A stretch of 63,002 nucleotides of DNA, counting the filler, from Reclinomonas americana ATCC 50394 (lineage: Eukaryota), in assembly GCA_048213135.1 (NCBI GenBank). It is 4 parts of 3 records of this genome, joined end to end, with 100 filler letters (N's around TTAATTAATTAA, not from the genome) between each part and the next. Parts side by side here need not be neighbours in the genome. Positions count along the whole stretch, not along the records: positions 24,375 to 51,057 come from PS015057.1; positions 51,158 to 59,663 come from PS015058.1; 2 more parts are not named here. One strand, given 5' to 3'. Positions 44,460 through 59,763 of the stretch are shown in pieces; position 1 is the stretch's first letter; the number at the start of each line of letters is the position of its first letter. The notes below the pieces were generated by a model that had not been told where the DNA came from, did not search any database, and saw only the letters and a list, made by a program, of their open reading frames with translations. The position numbers were made by a program, and so were the translations under genes.

Positions 44460-47400
44460 TGCTGACTATTACGGGTCCTCGTGCAACGTGAACTGCGCGG
44501 CGGCGACAACGTGCTCCGGACACGGCACGTGCAGGAGTGACGGTATTTGTCAGTGCGACACCAACTACTACGGCGCGTCGTGCAATGTGAATTGTGTGGC
44601 AGCCACTACTTGCTCAGGCAACGGCACATGCAAGAGCGACGGTACATGCCAGTGCAACGCCAGCTACTATGGCGCGTCGTGCAATGTGAATTGTGTGGCA
44701 GCCACTACTTGTTCAGGCAACGGCACTTGCAAGAGTAACGGTACGTGCCAGTGCAGCGCGAACTATTACGGAGCGGCGTGCAATGTGAACTGTATGGCAG
44801 GCACTACTTGCTCTGGCAACGGCACGTGCATGGGCGACGGTACGTGCCAGTGCACCGCCAACTATTACGGAGCGGCGTGCAATGCGAACTGTGTAGCGGC
44901 CACTACTTGTTCTGGCAAAGGCACATGCAAGAGCGACGGCTCGTGTCAGTGCAACGCCAACTATTACGGTGAATCGTGCAATGCGAACTGTGTAGCGGCC
45001 ACTACTTGTTCGGGCAAAGGCACGTGCAAGAGTGACGGCAGGTGTCAGTGCACAGGCGACTACACCAACGCCAGCTGCAACTGCAGTCCGTCTGTGACAT
45101 GCTCCGGCAACGGCACATGCAAGAGCGACGGCACATGTCAGTGCAACGCCAACTACTACGGAGCGACATGCAATGTGAACTGCGTGGCAGCCACTACTTG
45201 TTCTGGCAATGGCACATGCAAGAGTGACGGTACTTGTCAGTGTAACGCCAACTATTACGGATTGTCGTGCAATGTGAACTGTGTGGCTGCCACAACTTGT
45301 TCAGGCCACGGCACATGCAAGAGTGACGGCACTTGCCAGTGCACGGGCGACTACACCAATGCCAGCTGCAACTGCAGTCCATCTGTGACATGCTCCGGGA
45401 AGGGTGCGTGCAAGAGCGACGGCACGTGTCAGTGCACAGGCGACTACGCCAATGCCAGCTGCAGCTGCAGTCCGTCTGTGACATGCTCCGGGAAGGGCAC
45501 ATGTAAGAGCGACGGTACTTGCCAGTGTAACGCCAACTACTACGGCGCGTCGTGCAATGCAAATTGCGTGGCGGCTACCACGTGTTCAGGCAACGGTACA
45601 TGCAAGAGCGACGGTACTTGCCAGTGTAATCTATTTTACTTTGGCACATCGTGCAATTGCGGTTTGCTGACATGCTCCGGGAAGGGTACATGCAAGAGTG
45701 ACGGCACGTGTCAGTGCACAGGCGACTACACCAACGCCAGCTGCAACTGCAGTCCGTCTGTGACGTGCTCCGGGAAGGGCACATGCAAGAGCGACGGCAC
45801 GTGCTTGTGCAATCCGTTTTACAATGGCCCGTCTTGCAATTGCAGTATCCTTTTTGGGTCATGCTCGGGCAATGGCACGTGCAAGAGCGACCTTACATGC
45901 CAGTGCAACCCCAACTACTACGGCCCGTCGTGCAACGTGCAATGCACGTCGGCGACGACGTGTTCAGGCAACGGCACATGCAAGAGTGACGGGACATGTC
46001 AGTGCAACGCCAACTATTACGGTGCATCGTGTAATGTGAATTGCGTTGCGGCCACAACTTGTTCTGGCAATGGCACATGCAAGAGTGACGGTACATGCCA
46101 GTGCACAGGCGACTACACCAATGCCAGCTGCAGCTGCAGTCCATCTGTAACATGCTCTGGGAAGGGCACATGCAAGAACGACGGCACGTGTCAGTGCACG
46201 GGCGACTACACCAATGCCAGCTGCAAGTGCAGTCCGTCTGTAACATGCTCCGGGAAGGGCACATGCAAGACCGACGGTACTTGCCAGTGCACTGGCGACT
46301 ACACCAACGCGAGCTGCAACTGCAGTCCGTCTGTGACGTGCTCCGGGAAGGGCACATGCAAGAGCGACGGCACTTGCCAGTGCACAGGCGACTACACCAA
46401 TGCGAGCTGCAACTGCAGTCCATCAGTGACGTGCTCCGGGAAGGGCACATGCAAGAGTGACGGCACGTGTCAGTGCACAGGCGACTACACCAATGCCAGC
46501 TGCAACTGCAGTCCGTCTGTGACATGCTCCGGGAAGGGCACATGCAAGAGCGACGGTACCTGCCAGTGCACTGGCGACTACACCAACGCCAGCTGCAACT
46601 GCAGTCCGTCTGTTACATGCTCCGGTAAGGGCACATGCAAGAGCGACGGTACGTGTCAGTGCACCGGCGACTACACTAATGCCAGCTGCAACTGCAGTCC
46701 GTCGGTAACATGCTCAGGTAATGGCACATGTAAGAGCGACGGCACATGTCAGTGCAACGCCAACTACTACGGTGCATCGTGCAATGTGAGCTGTGTATCG
46801 GCCACTACTTGTTCGGGCAACGGCACATGCAAGAGCGACGGTACATGCCAGTGCAACGCCAACTACTACGGTGCATCGTGCAATGTGACCTGCGTGGCAG
46901 CCACTACTTGTTCTGGCAATGGCACATGCAAGAGCGACGGTACATGCCAGTGCAACGCCAACTACTACGGTGCATCGTGCAATGTGACCTGCGCAGCCAC
47001 TGCTTGTTCCGGCAACGGCACATGCAAGAGCGACGGTACCTGTCAGTGCAACGCCAACTACTACGGTGAATCGTGCAATGTGAACTGTGTGGCGGCCACT
47101 ACTTGTTCAGGCCACGGCACATGCAATAGTGACGGCACTTGCCAGTGCACCAGCGACTACACCAACGCCAGCTGCAACTGCAGTCCATCGGCGACGTGCT
47201 CCGGGAAGGGTGCATGCAAGAGCGACGGCACGTGCCAGTGCACGGGCGACTATACCAATGCCAGCTGCAACTGCAGTCCGTCTGTGACGTGCTCCGGCAA
47301 TGGTACATGCAAGAGCGATAGTACATGCCAGTGCAACGCCAACTACTACGGTGTGTCGTGCAATGTGAACTGCGTGGCATCCACTACGTGTTCAGGCCAC

Positions 47401-50400
47401 GGCACATGCAAGAGTGACGGTACATGCCAGTGTGCAAGCAACTGGAGTGGTGAGTGTGCAGAAGGAACTCCATCTTTAGCACCGGTTGCTCACGCATACT
47501 GTGTACAGGTACCTCGTGCTCGACTTGCGTCGAAGCAGCTGCGGTTCCTCGCATTGGGAACAGCTCTAGCTTTTGGTATTCGATTGCATCCAGCAGTGAT
47601 GGCACCAAACTGGTGGCTGCAGCTTACGGCCAACAGCTGNNNNNNNNNNNNNNNNNNNNNNNNNNNNNNNNNNNNNNNNNNNNNNNNNNNNNNNNNNNNN
47701 NNNNNNNNNNNNNNNNNNNNNNNNNNNNNNNNNNNNNNNNTATACTTCCAGTGACTCCGGTGTGACGTGGATTGCGCGTGCATCGAACCGCAGTTGGTAT
47801 TCGATTGCTTCCAGCAGTGATGGCACCAAACTGGTGGCTGCAGCTTACGGCGAACAGCTGTATATCTCCAGTGACTCAGGCGTTACGTGGACTGCGCGTG
47901 AATCGAATCGCAACTGGATATCGGTTGCATCCAGCAGCGACGGTAGCAGGTTGGTGGCTGCAGCCTTCGGTGATTCGCTCTACACCTCCAGTAACTCTGG
48001 TGTCACGTGGCTTTGGCGTGAGTCGAATCGTAATTGGGTATCGGTTGCATCTAGCAGCGACGGTAGCAGATTGGTGGCTGCAGTCAACGGTGGTCGGCTC
48101 TACACCTCCAGTGACTCTGGTGATACATGGATGCCNNNNNNNNNNNNNNNNNNNNNNNNNNNNNNNNNNNNNNNNNNNNNNNNNNNNNNNNNNNNNNNNN
48201 NNNNNNNNNNNNNNNNNNNNNNNNNNNNNNNNNNNNNNNNNNNNNNNNNNNNNNNNNNNNNNNNNNNNNNNNNNNNNNNNNNNNNNNNNNNNNNNNNNNN
48301 NNNNNNNNNNNNNNNNNNNNNNNNNNNNNNNNNNNNNNNNNNNNNNNNNNNNNNNNNNNNNNNNNNNNNNNNNNNNNNNNNNNNNNNNNNNNNNNNNNNN
48401 NNNNNNNNNNNNNNNNNNNNNNNNNNNNNNNNNNNNNNNNNNNNNNNNNNNNNNNNNNNNNNNNNNNNNNNNNNNNNNNNNNNNNNNNNNNNNNNNNNNN
48501 NNNNNNNNNNNNNNNNNNNNNNNNNNNNNNNNNNNNNNNNNNNNNNNNNNNNNNNNNNNNNNNNNNNNNNNNNNNNNNNNNNNNNNNNNNNNNNNNNNNN
48601 NNNNNNNNNNNNNNNNNNNNNNNNNNNNNNNNNNNNNNNNNNNNNNNNNNNNNNNNNNNNNNNNNNNNNNNNNNNNNNNNNNNNNNNNNNNNNNNNNNNN
48701 NNNNNNNNNNNNNNNNNNNNNNNNNNNNNNNNNNNNNNNNNNNNNNNNNNNNNNNNNNNNNNNNNNNNNNNNNNNNNNNNNNNNNNNNNNNNNNNNNNNN
48801 NNNNNNNNNNNNNNNNNNNNNNNNNNNNNNNNNNNNNNNNNNNNNNNNNNNNNNNNNNNNNNNNNNNNNNNNNNNNNNNNNNNNNNNNNNNNNNNNNNNN
48901 NNNNNNNNNNNNNNNNNNNNNNNNNNNNNNNNNNNNNNNNNNNNNNNNNNNNNNNNNNNNNNNNNNNNNNNNNNNNNNNNNNNNNNNNNNNNNNNNNNNN
49001 NNNNNNNNNNNNNNNNNNNNNNNNNNNNNNNNNNNNNNNNNNNNNNNNNNNNNNNNNNNNNNNNNNNNNNNNNNNNNNNNNNNNNNNNNNNNNNNNNNNN
49101 NNNNNNNNNNNNNNNNNNNNNNNNNNNNGCGTGAGTCGATTCGCAATTGGTTTTCGGTTGCATCCAGCAGCGACGGTAGCAGATTGGTGGCTGCAGTCAA
49201 CGGTGGTCAGCTCTACACCTCCAGTGACTCTGGTGTTACGTGGATTGCGCGTGAATCGATTCGCAATTGGTATCCGGTGGCATCCAGCAGCGACGGTAGC
49301 AGATTGGTGGCTGCGGAATACGGTGGTCGGCTGTACGTCTCCAGGGACTCCGGCGTTACTTGGACGCCTCGTGAATCGAGCCGCAATTGGAGATCGGTTG
49401 CATCCAGCATCGATGGCACCCAGCTGGTGGCCGGTGTCCATGGTGGACTGATTTACACACTGGCAGTTCTGTGTGATGTGAACTGCGTTGCAGCCACTAC
49501 TTGTTCTGGCAACGGCACATGCAAGAGTGATGGTACTTGTCAGTGCAACGCCAACTATTATGGCACATGGTGTAACTGCGAAGCGGCGACTTCTTGTTCA
49601 GGCAACGGCGCATGCAAGAGTGACGGTACGTGTCAGTGCAACGCCAGCTACTACGGCGCATCGTGCAATGTGAACTGTGTTGCAGCCACTACTTGTTCTG
49701 GCAACGGCACGTGCAAGAGTGATGGTACTTGCCAGTGCAACGCCAGCTACTACGGCGCATCGTGTGNNNNNNNNNNNNNNNNNNNNNNNNNNNNNNNNNN
49801 NNNNNNNNNNNNNNNNNNNNNNNNNNNNNNNNNNNNNNNNNNNNNNNNNNNNNNNNNNNNNNNNNNNNNNNNNNNNNNNNNNNNNNNNNNNNNNNNNNNN
49901 NNNNNNNNNNNNNNNNNNNNNNNNNNNNNNNNNNNNNNNNNNNNNNNNNNNNNNNNNNNNNGCGTGAATCGAATCGCAACTGGGTATCGGTTGCATCTAG
50001 CAGTGACGGTAGCAGATTGGTGGCTGCAGTCAACGGTGGTCAGCTCTACACCTCCAGTGACTCTGGTGTTACGTGGATTGCGCGTGAATCGATTCGCGAT
50101 TGGACATCGGTGGCATCCAGCAGCGACGGTAGCAGATTGGTGGCTGCAGTCAACGGTGGTCGGCTGTACGTCTCCAGGGACTCCGGCGTTACTTGGACGC
50201 CTCGTGAATCGATCCGCAATTGGGCGTCGGTTGCGTCCAGCAGTGATGGCACCAAACTGGTGGCCGCAGAATATGGTGGTCAGATTTACACACTGGCTGT
50301 TCTGTGCGATGTGAACTGCGTTGCAGCCACTACTTGTTCTGGCAACGGCACGTGCAAGAGCGACGGCACATGCCAGTGCAACGCCAACTATTATGGCACA

Positions 50401-50599
50401 TGGTGTAACTGCGAAGCGGCGACTTCTTGTTCAGGCAACGGCGCATGCAAGAGTGACGGTACGTGTCAGTGCAACGCCAGCTACTACGGCGCATCGTGCA
50501 ATGTGAACTGTGTTGCAGCCACTACTTGTTCTGGCAACGGCACGTGCAAGAGTGATGGTACTTGCCAGTGCAACGCCAGCTACTACGGCGCATCGTGCG
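44460..50599 (+). CDS. EGF-stalk / Asp-box propeller protein C (fragmentary: EGF x~30, propeller, EGF, propeller, EGF)
   Basis: Open frame 44461-47449 of 93/99-bp EGF units, intron 47450-47508, then BNR blades in gapped pieces. 49129-49766 and 49962-50599 are near-duplicates. Confidence 0.8.
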
Positions 50600-51057
50600 N
50601 NNNNNNNNNNNNNNNNNNNNNNNNNNNNNNNNNNNNNNNNNNNNNNNNNNNNNNNNNNNNNNNNNNNNNNNNNNNNNNNNNNNNNNNNNNNNNNNNNNNN
50701 NNNNNNNNNNNNNNNNNNNNNNNNNNNNNNNNNNNNNNNNNNNNNNNNNNNNNNNNNNNNNNNNNNNNNNNNNNNNNNNNNNNNNNNNNNNNNNNNNNNN
50801 NNNNNNNNNNNNNNNNNNNNNNNNNNNNNNNNNNNNNNNNNNNNNNNNNNNNNNNNNNNNNNNNNNNNNNNNNNNNNNNNNNNNNNNNNNNNNNNNNNNN
50901 NNNNNNNNNNNNNNNNNNNNNCGGCCAGAACAAGTAGTGGCTGCCACGCAGATCACATTGCACGATGCGCCGTAGTAGCTGGCGTTGCACTGGCAAGTAC
51001 CATCACTCTTGCACGTGCCGTTGCCAGAACACGTAGTGGCTGCAACACAGTTCACAT

Positions 51058-51157
51058 NNNNNNNNNNNNNNNNNNNNNNNNNNNNNNNNNNNNNNNNNNN
51101 NTTAATTAATTAANNNNNNNNNNNNNNNNNNNNNNNNNNNNNNNNNNNNNNNNNNNN
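51058..51157. other. Artificial scaffold spacer
   Basis: TTAATTAATTAA at 51102-51113 in a 100-bp N block. Confidence 0.95.
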
Positions 51158-52445
51158 CGGCACGTGTCTGTGCACAGGCGACTACACCAATGCCAGCTGC
51201 AACTGCAGTCCGTCTGTGACATGCTCCGGGAAAGGTACATGCAAGAGTGACGGCACGTGTCAGTGCACAGGAGACTACACCAATGCCAGCTGCAACTGCA
51301 GTCCGTCAGTTGCATGCTCCGGGAAGGGCACATGCAAGAGCGACGGCACGTGTCAGTGCACGGGCGACTACACCAATGCCAGCTGCAACTGCAGTCCGTC
51401 TGTGACATGCTCCGGTAATGGCACATGCAGGAGCGACGGTACTTGCCAGTGCAATGCCAACTATTACAGTACATCGTGCAATGTGAACTGTGTGGCAGCC
51501 ACTACGTGCTCCGGGAAGGGTACATGCAAGAGTGACGGGACATGTCAGTGCACAGGCGACTTCACCAACGCCAGCTGCAACTGCAGTCCGTCTGTGACGT
51601 GCTCCGGGAAGGGTACATGCAAGATTGACGGCACGTGTCAATGCACGGGCGACTACACCAATGCCAGCTGCAACTGCAGTCCGTCGGTAACATGCTCCGG
51701 GAAGGGCACGTGCAAGAGTGACGGTACTTGCCAGTGTAGCGCCAACTACTACGGCGCGTCGTGCAATGTGAACTGTGTGGCAGCCACAACTTGTTCAGGT
51801 CACGGCACGTGCAAGAGCGACGGTACTTGCCAGTGCAACGCCAACTACTACGGAGCGTCGTGCAATGTGAACTGTGTGGCAGCCACAACTTGTTCAGGTC
51901 ACGGCGTGTGCAAGAGCGACGGTACATGCCTGTGCAATCCGTTTTTCTTTGGCACATCGTGCAATTGCGGCTTGCTGACATGCTCCGGCAATGGCTCGTG
52001 CAAGAGCGACGGCACGTGTCAGTGCACAGGCGACTACACCAACGCCAGCTGCAACTGCAGTCCGTCTGTGACGTGCTCCGGGAAGGGTACATGCAAGAGT
52101 GACGGCACGTGTCAGTGCACGGGCGACTACACCAATGCCAGCTGCAACTGCAGTCCGTCTGTGACATGCTCCGGGAAGGGCGCATGCAGGAGCGACGGTA
52201 CTTGCCAGTGCAATCCGTTTTACTACGGCCCGTCTTGCAGTTGCAGTACCCTTTTCCCGTCATGCTCCGGTAATGGCACGTGTAAGAGCGACGGTACTTG
52301 CCAGTGCAACGCCAACTACTACGGAGCGTCGTGCAACGTGCAATGCACGGCGGCGACGACGTGCTCTGGCAATGGCACATGCAAGAGCGACGGTACATGC
52401 CAGTGCAACGCCAACTATTACGGAGCGTCGTGCAGTCTCTCTTGA
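51158..52445 (+). CDS. C-terminal EGF-repeat array (same family as protein C)
   Basis: Same SPSVTCSGKG and NPFFFGTSCNCGLLT unit variants as protein C; ends YYGASCSLS*. Confidence 0.8.
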
Positions 52446-52659
52446 GTGCAGTTCACGTGCGCATGCCTCATCTCGAGCCGATTTCCTCCGTGCATCAATC
52501 CACTGACGATTCCCAGCGCCAAAGTGGCGAGATGCCAACGCCCTGTACGCAAACTACTGAATGAAAAAATGATGCTCAGCTGTGAAGAACCGCAGGTGCA
52601 GCCGCTGTTGTACTATACTCCCCCGTGTTTCTCATTGCAGGACATGACGCATATGTGTG

Positions 52660-55600
52660 GTCACTCGGGTCGCATACGGCGAAAGAAACTCTGTGCGTTG
52701 CTGCGTTCGAGCAGGTCGGCAAGAAGCAGGGTCTGCAGGGCGTCTCGGATGGCACTGGCAAGTTCGCTGATCGATGCAAGGTGGTGAGTGACAGACTGTC
52801 TGTGCAAGAGAGGACGCCATCTTTTTTCCTCACCTGTTGTCTTGATCGCCAGAATCCCCCGCTTCTTCTTCGTCGTCGTCGTCGTCATCGTGCGCCCAGT
52901 GGATGGAAGCAACCGAACTGGCGATGCTCTTGGTATACAGAGCAATCTCTTGTGTACGCTGCGTTGTCGGTGTCAGCTTCTCTCTCTCTCTCTCTCTCTC
53001 GACGAGTCACACCACGCCGCAGCTGCTGCACCGCACCTCGCGCATGAGCTGATCGCAGAAGCGCGACGGCGCCGCCGAGTGCAGTGCCAGCAGAGTCTTG
53101 TCCAGTGCCTCACGAACTGCAATCAAGTCAAAGAGGGTGGTGCTTCTCGAATCGGGGCAGCCGGGCGACACCATGCTCTGTCGGGTGGCGTCGACAAGTG
53201 CCGAGTCGTTGCTGGCGGTCACCTCGACTACCACCTCGACGCTGCTCAGCGACGGCGCGTCGGCATGCATGTACTCCAAGTACCGCCCCTGCTCCACCAA
53301 CTGGAAACCGAGGCTGCGGGCAAGTGAGTGCAAAGGAGAGGAGGAGGAGGAGGACGAGGTGGAAAAGAGGAGGCTCACCGCTCCCAGTTCACTCCTCGCA
53401 CAATGAGTGACGCGCAAGGCGACGACTGCGCGTCCTCGGTGGTCAACAGATGCTGTCGCGGGAACAACTGCGTCACCCGCAACGGACAGCGCGCTTGTCG
53501 TCGTTCATTTCCACCTGTCGATCGACAGACGACCGCCACATTGGCACATGCGAGGCCGCAGCGACCGGACTCGACCACGCAGAGCATGTCCTCGTCGCTC
53601 GCGAGACGGTCACGGAGCTCGCGTGAGTGCTGCTCCCGACGTGCGATGCTGTCGACAACAAGCGTGCCGGCGAGAGGCACCGTCACACACGCAGCCGGCA
53701 GCTCGTGTGCCATCCACAAGAGAAATTCCTCGGGGAGGTCGATGGGCGCCGTGTGGACAACCAGCCGCATGCTCGGCTGTGGTGCACGATGAGGTCACGC
53801 GCATGATTCCAGCAAAGAGCAGCGATGCGGCGCAACTGTCATCGCATCCTCCAGAGTGTGCATGTGAGCAAGGCGCACCAACTCATAGATCGTGTCTTGA
53901 CCGACGAGTGTCTCACTGTCGCTATTGATCTGCGTGCCTGCTCTTCAGATCCAAGGCGTTACTTGCTTGGTGGAAACAGAGAACAGCACGCACCGTCATC
54001 ATCAGCAAGTCAGTTGCGGCATCCACGTGCACCACAGTGTCAAGCAGTCGCGACATGCTGCTCGCCACTTCGTCTGCAATCACTTCCACTGGCCACTGAA
54101 GCACATCTGCGCACGAGAATGAGGAACTCAAGCAGCGCGTACGGCAAGAAAGCAGGCGCCGTTCACCAAGTGTGACGTGTACTGCACTCACAGTGTCGAC
54201 AGTGACACTGACGACGTCGATTGTGGAGATCGCTGGCCCAATTGAAGTCAAAAGTGCCCATCGCAGCTGTGCGCGCAAAATCACTGTTTGTCACCAACGA
54301 GAGGCGGCACTCTCACAAGCACGAGCAGAGAATATTGACCAGTGATACGCACGCCGCGACTGACACAGCGCGCATTCTTCTCTCTCTCGCCTTGCAAAAA
54401 AAAAACACGATGATGTCGTTGCGGGAACGCGAGCACGAAACTTGTCCACACAAACTCACTGTTTGTCACCAACGAGAGGCGGCACTCTCACAAGCACGAG
54501 CAGAGAATATTGACCAGTGATACGCACGCCACGACTGACACAGCGCGCATTCTTCTCTCTCTTGCCAACTTGTCCACACTCTGGCTTACATTGGCAAGCT
54601 CACCGACTGCGCCTCGCCGTTCACCCAGTACACACAAAAGTGCTGATCGGTGCGCTCCCGCAGGCCGCGCATGGTGAACGAGAAACGGTTGGGTCCTTCG
54701 GCGCGAATGTCGCGAGTGACCTCCAGCGCGCTGTGCTCGCTCTGCGCCAAGTCGCCGCACGGACTGGTCGATAGCTGGCGAGTGACGGCCTGCACTGCGT
54801 GGGTGCCGCAGTAGTCGATTGCCGCGGTTTGCTCGTCCAGTGCTCGTGTGAACATGACGGCGTCTGTCGGAAGAAGGAAGTGAGTTCGATATTAACTAAG
54901 CAATGAAACAGCAATTGTGAAGCGATGCGCACCGCCGACTGTGACAAATTGCAAGGCGGGAGCACCCTGATCGGCCACCAGCTGTGCACACATAAAGACA
55001 GAGATGAGAGACGTGAAGAAGCTTGTGCAAGGCGCGTGCGTGCGTGCGCCGTCGCACTCACCACTCCCTTGTTCAGCAAAGCCACGCCGACTGGCACCGA
55101 CAACTGCACCACTGTGGTCAAGTGGGTGCCGACCAACTGTCGCAGTGCGTGACCGCTGACGTCGGCCAGGTAGATGTTGCCGGTGGCGGCATCTGTAGCC
55201 ACACCTCGTGCATGCAGCGCCTCACTCGACAGCACTGTGGAAATGTCGCCACTGCGCGGGTCGACCAGGTGGATGGCGTTACGGCTCTGCGAATTATAAG
55301 GCAGTGAACACACTGTGGACAGGGAGCAGGGAGGAGGAAGATATCACGCACCGCCACCAGCGCACTCGCACGACTGGCCGCGTCCACCGACATGGCAATA
55401 CCAGTCGGCGCGGTCAAAGCGTTGGGCAGTGTGACCACACGCTCGTCGGCCAAGTGGAGCATGCGCACCGAGTTGCCGTGCTGCGCAGCGTGCACATATG
55501 TGTGAGTCAAATTTGACATGCACAAAAACAGGAGGGCAAGGTGGCGCAACGAAGTCGGTGATTAGCAGCATCTCGTCGGGCGTGAGGGTGAGGAAGAACG

Positions 55601-57248
55601 GAAAGGAGAATTCGGCCTCCAGCGCCGCACCATCGGTCGAACCCGTGGCGCCGTTGCCGGCCACAGTGCTCACCACACCTGGCTCGCTGTCAGCTCAAGC
55701 GCAGAAACAACATGCTTGTGCGGGTTGACACACAAACCATTGTTCAAGTCAATCGCACGGATGCGGCGATTGCCCACGTCTGCCACGTACAACAGCCGAC
55801 GGCGCAGCTTGGATTTTTCCAGCAGTGCCAGGCCAGCCGGCGAGTTGAACTGCACCAGTGGTTGAGAAGAGCACACGACATGAAAAGGGGCGGCGAGAAA
55901 CAAAGCACACCATGGCATCACCGACAGGTCCGTCGAGGAAACCGCGTCGCTTGCCCGCCACCAGAGTAACCTCTCCACTCGCGGAAATCGAGCGGATCGT
56001 GTCACCCTCCTGCTCTCAAACCACGAAGCGTGTTCAGCCGAGTGAAGGCAAGGGATGACTGCGGCGACAGGCATGCACCATTTCCGACACGTACACGGTG
56101 CCGGTCTCGGCAGAGACGGCCACGCCAGTGGCAGCACGGAGTGGCGACACCGTCTCGTCGACAGACTGGAACCGGCACACTGAGGCTGGCGCGATACGCA
56201 GAATGCCAGCGTCGACCACAGCCGCCGCCGCCGCAGTGGCGTCGGTCTCTGCGCACGAAAGACAGAAAACGTCAACGACTGCATCCTCCCACTCCCACTC
56301 CCACTCCCTCGGCACCCACCACTGTCAGCAAGCAGCGAGCTGCTGCCGGCCAGTGGCGCCTGCCCACCGACTCCATCGACCGACTGCGTCGCAATCACGT
56401 TGCGCGCCGCCACCAACTCGGCAGCCAGTCGATGCGAGTTCTCCGACAGCAGCTCGCCAGCCTCCGCCACCGCCGCCTCCAGCGTGTTGAGCAGAATGCG
56501 ACGCGACGCCGCGTCCTTGACCCGCAGCACTCCAAACACCTGCACCGAGCAACAAGGTGAGACAAGGGGCAGATCGGTGGCGGAAAAAGCTTGACAAAAC
56601 GCAACATCCTCCACCTCGTGGCCAATCACCAACGACGGCCGCGGTGTGCCCACCATCAGCGACGCCACATTGATGCCGGCTCCATCCGGTCCCACCGTCA
56701 CACCATGCGGCAACCACACCGACTCCACGCCCGACTTGAGCACGCGATCGTATTGCGCACGAGTGACCGCCACGCCGACACGCGCCGCCGAGCTCGGCAT
56801 GCGACAGATGCGGTACTCGCCAGGCGGAACCTCACTCAACTTGCCGCGTACCAGCACCCGATCAGCCGACACCAGCTGCGCCTCGGAGAAGCGCGCCACG
56901 ATCCTTTTTTTATATGCAGCGCCATTAGTTTTTTTGGGCGCGAAACAAACAGTCAATCGTCGTCAGCACTCACCCCTGTCTCCGCTCGACACTGCTGCAC
57001 TTCTCCGCGGCGCTCACCAGCACCCACGACACGTGTGCTAGCGACACAGACGTGTCAGGCGCCGGCACAGTCGTCTGTTGCCACTCGACGTTGGCAATCG
57101 TTGCTGTTATGTATTTTTGCGCGCACAGAGATGAGCAGGCGAGAGACGATCTGAGACGCATGATATCCGCACCAGTAGGCAGCACAGCAGCGGCATGTGT
57201 ACAGCCGGCGAGCAACAGAACTGTGAGCAACAGCGCGAGAGGCCGCAT
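52660..57248 (-). CDS. Multi-exon NHL-repeat protein with N-terminal signal peptide; 3' exons uncertain
   Basis: Leader MRPLALLLTVLLLAGCTHAAA. NHL motifs FNSPAGLAL...LYVADVGNRRIRAID, VSTVAGNGATGSTDGAALEAEFSFPFFL and GVATDAATGNIYLADVSGHALRQL (~55050-56250). Further exons to ~52660 are of unclear family. Confidence 0.7.
54281..54561. repeat. ~105-bp near-perfect direct repeat (period 175) in an intron
   Basis: tcactgtttgtcaccaacgagaggcggcac... at 54281 and 54456. Confidence 0.9.
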
Positions 57249-57293
57249 TGGAAGGAGAGGATTTGCAGGACGAGGACGGACGAGCACGATTAG

Positions 57294-59273
<1,980 letters not shown>

Positions 59274-59545
59274 AAACGAGTGAACGAGAGGATACATACC
59301 GTGTATGACCGCAGGAAAAGAACGAGCGTCTCCATACTGTTGCAGATGTCGATGTCGATGCAGATGTCGACTTGTTCGAACACCCAGAAGGAAACCTGCC
59401 GCAACTGCTCAGCAACTGGCGTTTGCTTGTTTGGTGAGTCCAGGTGAGTGTGCTTGGCTAAAGTAGCCCCTCGACATCGACACTCCGACTTCGATGTCGA
59501 CGTCGATGTCGACGATGCGATGGTCGACATCGACGGACGCACGAC

Positions 59546-59621
59546 TATAAAAACCTCGCGTTTTTTGTTCTTCCTGCCGAGCGATCACCATCTCACACAC
59601 ACACACACAATGAGCGCGAAG
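59546..59621 (+). promoter_or_regulatory. Possible TATA box and first coding exon (MSAK|GT) of a gene cut by the spacer
   Basis: TATAAAAA at 59546-59553; ATG at 59610; AAG|GTAGCT followed by a CT tract. Confidence 0.35.
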
Positions 59622-59663
59622 GTAGCTACATCTCTCTCCCTTCTCTCTCTCTCTCTCTCTCTC

Positions 59664-59763
59664 NNNNNNNNNNNNNNNNNNNNNNNNNNNNNNNNNNNNN
59701 NNNNNNNTTAATTAATTAANNNNNNNNNNNNNNNNNNNNNNNNNNNNNNNNNNNNNNNNNNNN
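59664..59763. other. Artificial scaffold spacer
   Basis: TTAATTAATTAA at 59708-59719 in a 100-bp N block. Confidence 0.95.
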
